The notes beneath the pieces were generated by a model. The model was not told the origin of the DNA, did not search any database, and saw only the letters and a list, made by a program, of their open reading frames with translations. A stretch of 64,000 nt of DNA from Candidatus Pacearchaeota archaeon (GTDB lineage Archaea > Nanobdellota > Nanobdellia > Pacearchaeales > GW2011-AR1): positions 6,660 through 70,659 of the forward strand of contig NZCX01000021.1 in NCBI GenBank assembly GCA_002688415.1, written 5' to 3'. Of the stretch, positions 1 to 8,542 are shown in pieces. A program made the translations under genes and the position numbers. Positions within the stretch are counted from its first letter, which is position 1, and each line of letters begins with the position of its first letter.

Positions 1-489
1 GACAGTGGACTCGGTCCCCAGAATGGACATACCGAAAGGCTTCTCATATAGATCATTTTTAAGCATAAGAGCAGAATGGGCCCTTGGATTATCGCGATAC
101 ATTTTAATCTCCTCACAAATAACGTTCCCTTCTCTCTCAACATCTTCTAGCGGAAAAATAGGATTGAAAAAGATGTCCCCGATAACGTCTATTGCAATCT
201 CAAGATGCTTACTGGGAAGCCTTACGTGATAAGCCGTCATTTCCTCAGAAGTGAATGCATTCAACTCACCCCCCTTACTCTCAAGCTCTTTTGCTACTTC
301 CTCTGTTGTTCTTTTTTCAGTTCCCTTAAAACAAAGATGTTCCATAAAATGCGAAATGCCCTTCTCTTCCTCAGACTCATACATAGCACCATATTGCACA
401 CCCATCATAACAGTAGTAACTGGAACGTCCCTTTCTTCATGAATTATAGTAAGGCCATTGCTCAAAACAGCTCGGTTGAATCTTGCCAT
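1..489 (-). CDS. M16 family zinc peptidase (insulinase-like), 3' end runs off window
   Basis: Manual translation of the minus strand from ATG at 489 gives MARFNRAVLSNGLTIIHE...GISHFMEHLCFKGT...GGELNAFTSEEMTAY. HxxEH and NAFT motifs are present. Not in the ORF track because it has no stop in the window. Confidence 0.9.
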   Translation of the reverse strand, partial: MARFNRAVLSNGLTIIHEERDVPVTTVMMGVQYGAMYESEEEKGISHFMEHLCFKGTEKRTTEEVAKELESKGGELNAFTSEEMTAYHVRLPSKHLEIAIDVIGDIFFNPIFPLEDVEREGNVICEEIKMYRDNPRAHSALMLKNDLYEKPFGMSILGTESTV

Positions 490-511
490 TTAAAGAAATG
501 AACAGATCCCC

Positions 512-1261
512 TTAAATACCTTTCCCAATAATAATCAGTTTTTCATTATCGATATCTGTATTCTTTTTTATCTCAAAGTTTTTTTCTAAAAATTTAACAA
601 GCCATGTTCGCTGAGCTTCAAATCTTTTTCTGCCAGAAATACTTTTTAGAGGCATTGTTATAACGATAAAATCTTCTTTAGATAAGATTCGCCTTAAAGA
701 TAAAAGAAAGTCTTTGGAGAAATCTCTCTTTATATTTTCTAGCGCATCAACTATCTGCAACATTAAAATTATTTTTCTGCCACTAATATGTGAAAGATGT
801 TTCTTGACAAAATCTCCTTCCGATATATCTTTATGCAAGACGCGTGCTTTCGCAAGTTTATTTTCAAAGAAATAGACATTAGTTTTATCTACCAATTGTC
901 CTGCAGCTTCAAATCCAATGTAATTGACATCTCCAAAATATTTTGTTAAAAAATTATAAGAAAATCCATTGATCCCTGCCCCTAAATCAACGATATTTTT
1001 TACAGCACCTGAAACCTCTGAAATCGCTTCATAAAATTTACTATAATCACGATTTTTTGAGGATATGTGGTTCCTAAGAATAGATTCGTCGTTTTTCTTC
1101 AAAACTTTGTTGGTTAAAAATACTCCTAAAAATTTTCTGATATCGGAGCGGGTTTCTTTAATGTTTAATTTATTTTTTCTTAAAAATTTCCAAACAAGCT
1201 CATCTGGAATTTTGGAAAATACTTTTTTCTTTTTGACCTCATCAATAAGGCTTTTATCCAT
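512..1261 (-). CDS. Class I SAM methyltransferase, FmrO/ArmA/RmtB-like
   Basis: HISSKNR, DLGAGING (motif I) and VITMPLKSISGR...W...NEKLIII resemble 16S m7G1405 methyltransferase motifs. Start taken at MDKSL, which overlaps the upstream stop. Confidence 0.6.
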   Translation of the reverse strand: MDKSLIDEVKKKKVFSKIPDELVWKFLRKNKLNIKETRSDIRKFLGVFLTNKVLKKNDESILRNHISSKNRDYSKFYEAISEVSGAVKNIVDLGAGINGFSYNFLTKYFGDVNYIGFEAAGQLVDKTNVYFFENKLAKARVLHKDISEGDFVKKHLSHISGRKIILMLQIVDALENIKRDFSKDFLLSLRRILSKEDFIVITMPLKSISGRKRFEAQRTWLVKFLEKNFEIKKNTDIDNEKLIIIGKGI

Positions 1262-1838
1262 TTTTAACAAACTCCAAAATCATTTCCTTTTGCCTAACTT
1301 CTGGATGAAAAAGAACGCCGTAGATCTTTTTTTCTTTATGCTTAACCGCCTGTGGAATATGCACAGCATCACTAGATCTCATAAAAATCTTCCACGCATT
1401 TTCACTAAAGTCAACATACGAATTATGCAAGTGCCAGACTTCATATTCTCCTTCGTCAAAATCTTTCTCTAAGCCAAGAAAATCTTCGCTAACTTTTTCA
1501 TGGTAATAGCCAATTTCTTGATTTTTCTTTAGCTTTTCACCAAAGGTTACCCCGATGATTTGCATACCCGCACAGATTCCTAAAACTGGCTTGTCGGGAA
1601 AATTATCAAATAGCCATCTGAATTTATCGACATCTTCAATAAAATGGTTATCCCTTAAGCTAGTCCCACAAATAATCATATGAGTACATCTATTTAGAAT
1701 TCTTTCTGTAAGCTGTTTATAATGGCAAGTTTCATGATCTAATTTACTTTGCCTCAAAATTTCTTCAACAGGTCTCACAAATTCTAAGCCATGAAGCCTC
1801 TCTTTGCAAACATTCAACACTAAAACATTTTCATCCAT
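1254..1838 (-). CDS. Class I glutamine amidotransferase
   Basis: PVLGICAGMQ nucleophile elbow and FHPE catalytic His-Glu. Confidence 0.85.
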   Translation of the reverse strand: MDENVLVLNVCKERLHGLEFVRPVEEILRQSKLDHETCHYKQLTERILNRCTHMIICGTSLRDNHFIEDVDKFRWLFDNFPDKPVLGICAGMQIIGVTFGEKLKKNQEIGYYHEKVSEDFLGLEKDFDEGEYEVWHLHNSYVDFSENAWKIFMRSSDAVHIPQAVKHKEKKIYGVLFHPEVRQKEMILEFVKNG

Positions 1839-2505
1839 TTTTCAATTTTACCTCCCCTCGCCAACTGTTTCCCGCACCAACTGCCTTAATATCATTAACA
1901 CCCAGGGGTTTCTTAAATAATGGGCAATTAACAACCAAACTTTCAAACTCTCCCCCCTCACCGGCGGGATTAATTCTCAATCTTTTATGAACCTTCCCGA
2001 TATCCTCAACAAACTTCTTGTCAATCTTTCTTCCGATCATCTTCCCATCAAATGGATATGCAAACACCCCAACAATTCTCATATCAAAACCTGATTCAAT
2101 TAATTCATCTAACAATTCCCACTGGTTCTTTTGCCAAAGAGGATTAAAGCACTGAACTTCCAATTTATCACAAATTTCTTGAACACGAGAAGCCTGGTAA
2201 ACACTTTCAACAGCTCCGGTAACAATACCGTCGATATTATATCTTTCTATTGCATCTTTAATCAATTCTTCTAAATCAAAAAGCTCTAACTCCTTCTTTC
2301 CATTGGTCTTCCGAAGTAAAAATGGAACATCGGCCAGTTTTGATTGGAGCTTTGTTAACTTAATCGCTGGTGTGTGAAACATAAAGCTATTCTCGTTTTC
2401 CGAATCAACTGTCAAAAAACAAGCCAGCTCATGCCCTGCTCGTTTTGCTAAAAGGGCAGCATACGTAGAATCTTTCCCTCCACTAAAAAGTACGCCCAAT
2501 TTCAT
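1831..2505 (-). CDS. dph6: Diphthine--ammonia ligase (Dph6) family PP-loop ATPase
   Basis: LFSGGKDS PP-loop, SFMFH, GAVESVYQ, PLW, GEGGEFESLV. Confidence 0.85.
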   Translation of the reverse strand: MKLGVLFSGGKDSTYAALLAKRAGHELACFLTVDSENENSFMFHTPAIKLTKLQSKLADVPFLLRKTNGKKELELFDLEELIKDAIERYNIDGIVTGAVESVYQASRVQEICDKLEVQCFNPLWQKNQWELLDELIESGFDMRIVGVFAYPFDGKMIGRKIDKKFVEDIGKVHKRLRINPAGEGGEFESLVVNCPLFKKPLGVNDIKAVGAGNSWRGEVKLKNG

Positions 2506-2547
2506 AAAATGTTAAAAAAGAGGAGGTTTAAGAATTTAATTGTTGAT

Positions 2548-2808
2548 CTAATTGAGGTTAAACTTAACTCCACCTATTCGCGAAGCAACAATGTTATATA
2601 TCCAACCACAAAGAATTCCACCGACCCATCCAGAAAGTCCAAGAGAGATAATCGCTATAGGAAGAACTGTAAAATCCCATATAGCAAGATTCACGTAATT
2701 ATCCAACAAAAGCAAGATCCCATACAAGAAACCCAAAACAAGATATAACAATCCCATAACATTCGCAAGAGAAAGAACATCAACACTCTTTAAAGTTTTT
2801 CTGACCAT
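2548..2808 (-). CDS. Small two-TM membrane protein (DUF3566-like)
   Basis: Two hydrophobic segments and a YN-x4-GG C-terminal motif. Confidence 0.6.
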   Translation of the reverse strand: MVRKTLKSVDVLSLANVMGLLYLVLGFLYGILLLLDNYVNLAIWDFTVLPIAIISLGLSGWVGGILCGWIYNIVASRIGGVKFNLN

Positions 2809-2858
2809 AAATCATCAGACAAAAGAAAGTTTATAAAGATTTCCATCTGGATAATATA

Positions 2859-3779
2859 ATGGCATCAACAAACCAATCACCTTTCTATCAGAGAGCAGAA
2901 GAGGACTTCAGAACAGCAACCACAGACGAAGAAAGAATCGCATGCTTAGAAATTATGATGAAAGAGTGCCCAAAGCATAAATCATCAGAAAACATGAGGC
3001 GAAACCTCACAAACAGACTAAAAAAGCTGACGGAAGGTGTTGAGAGAAGAAAAAAGGCCGGGAAAGGCTCGAGAGAAGGAATCAAGAAGAATGATATGCA
3101 ATGTACATTAATCGGATTACCAAATTCTGGCAAATCAACATTATTTAATCTGCTAACAACTAAAAAACTAAAAAGCAAGGTATCGCCACACCAATTCACG
3201 ACTCACTCACCAATACTGGGAATAATAGAATATGAAGATGCAAGGATTCAGCTCATAGACGATGCACCAATACCAAATCAGGACAAATCTTTAGTAAATT
3301 CCACCGATACGTTACTAATTATTTTTGAAAACCTAAATCAAATAAGAGACCTGGAAAGAGCCATCTGGAAGTCAAAGGCAAAAAAGATTTGGATTCTGAA
3401 TAAGGTGGATTCACTAACCGATATGGAGCGAAGAAAAATAAAAGCTACTCTGAGGTCAAAATATAAAAAATTAGACTTCATATTTTTTTCTAATAAGGAA
3501 AGCCAGCTAAAAATAAAAGAATTGAAAAAGAAAATCTTCGAGAGCTTCCCGATTATAAGAATCTACACGAAAGAACCTGGGAAAATCCCAACGAAGGAGC
3601 CCATGATCTTGAAAAAAGATTCTAACATAAAAGAAGCAGCGGAAAAAATAAGAAAAAACTTTTCGAAGCAAATTAAGACTTCCAGAATCTGGGGTCCATC
3701 ATCTAAGTTTGGTGGACAAACAGTAGGAATAGACCATATTCTAAAAGACAAAGACACTATAGAATTTCATACAAAATGA
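2859..3779 (+). CDS. OBG/DRG family GTPase with TGS domain
   Basis: PKHKSSE N-terminus, GLPNSGKST, FTT, NKVD, and RIWGPSSKFGGQTVG...DHIL TGS domain. Confidence 0.85.
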   Translation: MASTNQSPFYQRAEEDFRTATTDEERIACLEIMMKECPKHKSSENMRRNLTNRLKKLTEGVERRKKAGKGSREGIKKNDMQCTLIGLPNSGKSTLFNLLTTKKLKSKVSPHQFTTHSPILGIIEYEDARIQLIDDAPIPNQDKSLVNSTDTLLIIFENLNQIRDLERAIWKSKAKKIWILNKVDSLTDMERRKIKATLRSKYKKLDFIFFSNKESQLKIKELKKKIFESFPIIRIYTKEPGKIPTKEPMILKKDSNIKEAAEKIRKNFSKQIKTSRIWGPSSKFGGQTVGIDHILKDKDTIEFHTK

Positions 3780-4069
3780 GCCAGGAAAAACTGATCAAAT
3801 TGCTATTGTTCCTAACAATTCTTGGAATACTCTTTATACTAATTTTTGCTCAAAATCAAAAACCAATTGCAGAAGGAATAATTTCTGAAATTAAAACTAC
3901 AGAAAAACAGACAAGAATTACCATAAATGATGAATCAAGAGATATAATACTTTTTGAAAGTTCAAACCTTGATTTAGCAAAAGGACAAGAGATTAGGGTT
4001 TATGGGAGAGAAGATACTTATAGAAATAATAAACAAATCATTGCAGACAGAATAGAGGCTTTGAAATGA
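3776..4069 (+). CDS. Membrane-anchored OB-fold protein
   Basis: N-terminal TM followed by an OB-like G-x2-I-x-V-x-G...Y...I-x-A pattern. ATGA overlaps at both ends. Confidence 0.6.
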   Translation: MSQEKLIKLLLFLTILGILFILIFAQNQKPIAEGIISEIKTTEKQTRITINDESRDIILFESSNLDLAKGQEIRVYGREDTYRNNKQIIADRIEALK

Positions 4070-5262
4070 TTTTTGAAATCATCCTGGCTATTTTGCTAGG
4101 GATACTTTTTGGAACATTCACCGGCCTAATCCCTGGAATCCACACAAATCTAATCGCCTTGATTATGCTAAGCCTTTCGGCAACTGTCCTAATTGGACTA
4201 GATAATCTTGTTTTGGCGATTTTTATCGTTGCAATGGCAACAACGCATTCGTTTCTAGACTTTATTCCCTCAATTTACTTAGGCGCTCCAGATGAGGACA
4301 CGGCTCTATCTGTTCTACCTGGGCATAAATATCTTCTGGGGGGAAAGGCACATGCCGCGGTAAAGCTAACTTTGTTAGGTTCTGCTTCAGCAATTTTTTT
4401 ATTAACAATAGTCCTTCCATTTTTCTTTTTGATAGTACCTCTAACAATAGACTTTATAGAAAGAATGATGGCCTGGCTACTTATTTGGATTTCAATATTT
4501 TTAGTAACTGATACTAAGAATAAAACAAATAGTGTTCTTATTTTTATATTGGCAGGGGTTTTGGGAATTGGAACCCTCGGCCTAAATATGAGTGAACCCC
4601 TCCTGCCATTATTGACGGGATTATTCGGAACATCAACTATAATTTATTCGATTAAGCAAAATACAGTTCCTCCGAAACAGAAAGTCGGAAAATTAGAATT
4701 TAAAAAGAAAGAGCTAATAAAACCACTTATAACAACAATGATTGTCTCTCCAATATGTTCATTCCTACCAGGACTTGGGTCAAGTCAGGCAGCGATAATT
4801 GGGTCAAAGCTTTCAAAAAAAATATCTGAAGATCAGTTTTTAATTCTATTGGGAAGTATTAACACTCTCGTAATAAGCACTTCCTTCTTCACACTATATC
4901 TTATAGGAAAATCAAGAACAGGGGCGGCAAGTGCGATTTCTGAATTAATTACGATAACTCCACAGAACCTTTTATTTATTTCACTTGCAATGATAATAGC
5001 TGCATCAATTTCAATTCCTCTGACCATTCAACTATCAAAAAAGATTGCGAAAAATCTCCATAGAATAAATTATGACAAAACATCTAAAGTAATCTTGTTG
5101 CTTCTTGTGGCTATCACATTTGCTATCTCTGGATTTCTTGGTATTTTTGTTCTTATGGTATCAACATGTCTTGGGCTGCTTTGTACTTTAATAGGAGCAA
5201 GAAAGAGTCTCCTAATGGGCTGCCTTCTGATCCCAACGATATTGTTTTATTTCCCTTTCTAA
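4066..5262 (+). CDS. TctA/DUF112 family membrane protein
   Basis: GTFTGLIPGIHTN, FIPSIYLGAPD...LPGH and FLPGLGSSQAA motifs; many TM helices. Confidence 0.85.
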   Translation: MIFEIILAILLGILFGTFTGLIPGIHTNLIALIMLSLSATVLIGLDNLVLAIFIVAMATTHSFLDFIPSIYLGAPDEDTALSVLPGHKYLLGGKAHAAVKLTLLGSASAIFLLTIVLPFFFLIVPLTIDFIERMMAWLLIWISIFLVTDTKNKTNSVLIFILAGVLGIGTLGLNMSEPLLPLLTGLFGTSTIIYSIKQNTVPPKQKVGKLEFKKKELIKPLITTMIVSPICSFLPGLGSSQAAIIGSKLSKKISEDQFLILLGSINTLVISTSFFTLYLIGKSRTGAASAISELITITPQNLLFISLAMIIAASISIPLTIQLSKKIAKNLHRINYDKTSKVILLLLVAITFAISGFLGIFVLMVSTCLGLLCTLIGARKSLLMGCLLIPTILFYFPF

Positions 5263-5273
5263 AAAACTATTTT

Positions 5274-8200
5274 CTATTTGACTTCTATCTTCTCGGCCTT
5301 AACAACTCTAACGTTATTTGCGACAAATGCATCTCCAAACTCCTTGTTCTCAACAAACTTTCCGCTTAAAAGAACAGCGTCTCCTTCGTCAACCTTTTGC
5401 CCAATTAGGTGTTCCTCAAAATCTCTAGGAAAAACTGTGACCTTGCATTCCCCACTTCTATCTGAAATATCCATAAACGCCATATCTGCACCGCTCTTGG
5501 TTACTATTCTTGTGTACCTTTTCACGACACCAAAGACTTCTGCCTCAACATCGTGCTTAAGATTATTAAGACTTATGGCCCCGTTGCCATAGCTTCCAAA
5601 CGTATCCATTATATGTCCAGAAATGCAAACCCCCAATAACTCCTCTTCCAGACTTAACTTTTCACGAAGAGACATTGGTGGAAGATCAGAATATTCAATT
5701 TTGTTAGCAACTCCTCCGAATAATGTCATCTGCTTTTCTTTACCATCTGTTTTCTGAACATTAATATAAACTTCTAAAAGGCTGGCCCTATTAATCCCCA
5801 ACTCATCAAAACATCCAACCGAGATTAAACTATGGCACACTCTTTTGTTAACTTTGGACAAGTCAACACGATTAACAAAGTCTTGATAGTCTTTATACGG
5901 CCTACTGGCCAAAATGCTCTTTACAGCCTCACCGCCAACATTTTTGATTCCGGACAGACCGACACGGATTACTTTCTTTTTGGATCCATCTGAATTTTCA
6001 ACTTCAACAACACTAAATGACTCTTGGGAAGTATTGATATCTGGTGTCAAAATTTCAATACCTTCCTTTCTAGCTGCTTCCAGGTAAAATGCTAACTTCT
6101 CTGGATTGCCAACGGAAGATGAAATTGTCGCAGCATAAAATTCTACTGGGAAATATTTCTTTAGATAAGCAGTTCTATAACTAATTAATGCGTAGGCTGC
6201 AGCATGACTCTTATTGAAAGAGTATTCTGCGAATTTTACAATATCATCCCACAGCTGAGCAACTTTTTTTGGATCCATACCAGAATGCTCAACGCACCCC
6301 TCTTTAAATTGTGCCTCCATCTTCTCCATAAGATCCATTTTTTTCTTCCCAATGGCTTTTCTTAAAACATCAGAATCACCTCTAGAAAACCCTGCTAACG
6401 CCCTTGATAGCTGCATAACTTGTTCCTGATAAACCATTATGCCATATGTAGGTGCCAAAATCTTTTCTGCGTTCGGATGCGGATAAACAGGTTTGTCTCT
6501 ACCATGCTTTCGGTTCCCATAGACTTCCAAATACTGCATTGGCCCTGGGCGATAAAGAGCAACAATAGCGATAATATCATCAAAACACGTCGGCTGTACA
6601 GACCTCAATGTCTTCTTCATCCCTTCGCTTTCAATTTGAAAAACCCCATTCGTCTCACCGTGACGAAGCATCTTGTAAACATTGTCATCATCCATTGGGA
6701 TACCTTCAAGCCACTTTCCATCCTCCCCGATCGCGTCTAAAACCTTCTTAATAATGTTTAACGTTTCAAGTCCTAAAAAGTCAAATTTAACCAGTCCGTA
6801 TGTTTCTATATCGGGGCCTTCAACCTGAGTAATAACATCACCCTGTCGCCCATAGACAGGAAGATAATGAGAAATAGCCTCCCGCCCCCAAACTACCCCA
6901 CAGGCATGGACCCCCTTATGGCGCACACACCCCTCTAATCTTTTTGCAATATCAAAAATCTGCTCGTGTTTTTTTGCCAACTTCTGCAACTCTTCAGCAT
7001 CGGGAGTAAAATTACCGCCATCGGTTTTAGCATTTAAAGATTTTTCAATCGTTTTCTCACTGACCAATTTTGTAATAGCATTGGCCTCATCAAATGGAAT
7101 TCTAAAAACTCTCATGACATCTTTTAAGACCGCCTTGGCAGACATCGTACCAAACGTACCAATCATAGCAATTTTGTCTTCGCCGTATTTTTTCCGAACA
7201 TAATCAAGGACAATGTCCTTGTCTCCGAAATCTATATCAAAATCTGGCAAACTAATCCTGTCGGGATTCAGAAATCTTTCAAAAAGTAACCCCAACTTCA
7301 GAGGATCCAACTGTGTTATTCCTAAGCTATAGGCAACAATAGACCCTGCACCACTACCACGACCAGGGCCGACTTGACAAAACTTTTTAGCAGCCTGAAT
7401 GAAATCCGCAACAATCAAGAAATACGCCTCAAAGCCCATCTTCCCAATAACTCCCAATTCGAAATTCATTCTATCAATCGCCTCTTTATAATTATCTTCA
7501 TCGCCATAAATTCTATCAACACCATCTTTACACCACTTATACAAGTGCTCCTTATGGCTCATGCCATCAGGGGAATCAAAGTGTGGAAAAATCGGATCAC
7601 CCATCTCTAGTTCAACATTACACCTCTTGGCAACCTCCGAAGAAGCTTCAACATACTCTGGATTGCTTGGGAAAAGATTCAGAACCTCCTCCTCGCTCAT
7701 AACATGATACCCCTCTCCATCAAACCGAAAACGATTTGGATCGCTCATGTCTCCATTGGTTTGAATGGAAAGCATAACCTCATGAGCATAAGCATCGTCT
7801 GATTTCAAAAAGTGCGAATCTGTTGTAGCAACAATTTTTACGTCATATTCCTTTGACATTCTTTGATAAAACTCCATTACTTTTTTCTCTTCCGGAATAC
7901 TGTGGTTTTGAACTTCAAAGTAAAAATCCTCCTTTCCAAATATATCTAAATATTCTTCAATTAGCTTTTTTGCTGCTGGCTCGTTTCCTTCAATAACGGA
8001 CTGGGCAATATCATTAGCTATGCAAGCACTCATGCAAATCAGGCCCTTGGAATATTTTCTCAAAAGAGCCTTATCTACTCTGGGACGATAATAAAACCCT
8101 TCATTATTAGAAATAGAAACCAATTTTATAAGATTCTTATATCCCTCTAGGTCCTTTGCTAACAAGATAAGATGGAAATCTCTTTTGGTTCTCACTCTAG

Positions 8201-8423
8201 ACGTATGATCATCGCAGATATATGGTTCAAATCCAAAAATCAATTTAACCCCCTCTTTCTTGGCTAGATTGTACTTCTTTATCATAGCCCCCATGTTTCC
8301 ATGTTCTGTAATGGCAACCGTATCCATCCCGAGTTCTTTAAGCCGTGGGAACAGTTCTTTTATCTTAGTAGCACCATCAAGAAGACTGTATTCTGTGTGT
8401 AAATGCAAATGCGTAAATCCCAT
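5274..8423 (-). CDS. dnaE: Bacterial-type DNA polymerase III alpha subunit (family C, DnaE)
   Basis: FTHLHLHTEYSLLDGA (PHP), GRGSGAGS, LLFERFLNPDR, PDFDIDF (catalytic), KFDFLGL, YQEQVMQ, FNKSHAAAY, HhH and OB domains. Start MGFTH is about 22 nt after TTTAAA. Confidence 0.97.
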   Translation of the reverse strand: MGFTHLHLHTEYSLLDGATKIKELFPRLKELGMDTVAITEHGNMGAMIKKYNLAKKEGVKLIFGFEPYICDDHTSRVRTKRDFHLILLAKDLEGYKNLIKLVSISNNEGFYYRPRVDKALLRKYSKGLICMSACIANDIAQSVIEGNEPAAKKLIEEYLDIFGKEDFYFEVQNHSIPEEKKVMEFYQRMSKEYDVKIVATTDSHFLKSDDAYAHEVMLSIQTNGDMSDPNRFRFDGEGYHVMSEEEVLNLFPSNPEYVEASSEVAKRCNVELEMGDPIFPHFDSPDGMSHKEHLYKWCKDGVDRIYGDEDNYKEAIDRMNFELGVIGKMGFEAYFLIVADFIQAAKKFCQVGPGRGSGAGSIVAYSLGITQLDPLKLGLLFERFLNPDRISLPDFDIDFGDKDIVLDYVRKKYGEDKIAMIGTFGTMSAKAVLKDVMRVFRIPFDEANAITKLVSEKTIEKSLNAKTDGGNFTPDAEELQKLAKKHEQIFDIAKRLEGCVRHKGVHACGVVWGREAISHYLPVYGRQGDVITQVEGPDIETYGLVKFDFLGLETLNIIKKVLDAIGEDGKWLEGIPMDDDNVYKMLRHGETNGVFQIESEGMKKTLRSVQPTCFDDIIAIVALYRPGPMQYLEVYGNRKHGRDKPVYPHPNAEKILAPTYGIMVYQEQVMQLSRALAGFSRGDSDVLRKAIGKKKMDLMEKMEAQFKEGCVEHSGMDPKKVAQLWDDIVKFAEYSFNKSHAAAYALISYRTAYLKKYFPVEFYAATISSSVGNPEKLAFYLEAARKEGIEILTPDINTSQESFSVVEVENSDGSKKKVIRVGLSGIKNVGGEAVKSILASRPYKDYQDFVNRVDLSKVNKRVCHSLISVGCFDELGINRASLLEVYINVQKTDGKEKQMTLFGGVANKIEYSDLPPMSLREKLSLEEELLGVCISGHIMDTFGSYGNGAISLNNLKHDVEAEVFGVVKRYTRIVTKSGADMAFMDISDRSGECKVTVFPRDFEEHLIGQKVDEGDAVLLSGKFVENKEFGDAFVANNVRVVKAEKIEVK

Positions 8424-8542
8424 AAATAAAAAGAGCATCTTTTGTTTAAATTCATTATGGTGATAAAATATGTAGAATCACTCCAAAGTTGAACATGGGA
8501 TTATAATTAATGAGTTAAAACAAAAGCCTCTATGGCCCGCAC

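Noticed and set aside
5..501. Plus-strand ORFs 5-229, 205-501, 251-442 and the many other short antisense ORFs in the track
   Set aside because: They are shadows of well-supported genes on the opposite strand (here the M16 peptidase) and have no motifs.
5274..8423. dnaE as bacterial contamination or chimera
   Set aside because: Not favoured: it has tight archaeal neighbours on both sides, an archaeal-type TATA and similar composition. Read mapping is needed to exclude it fully.
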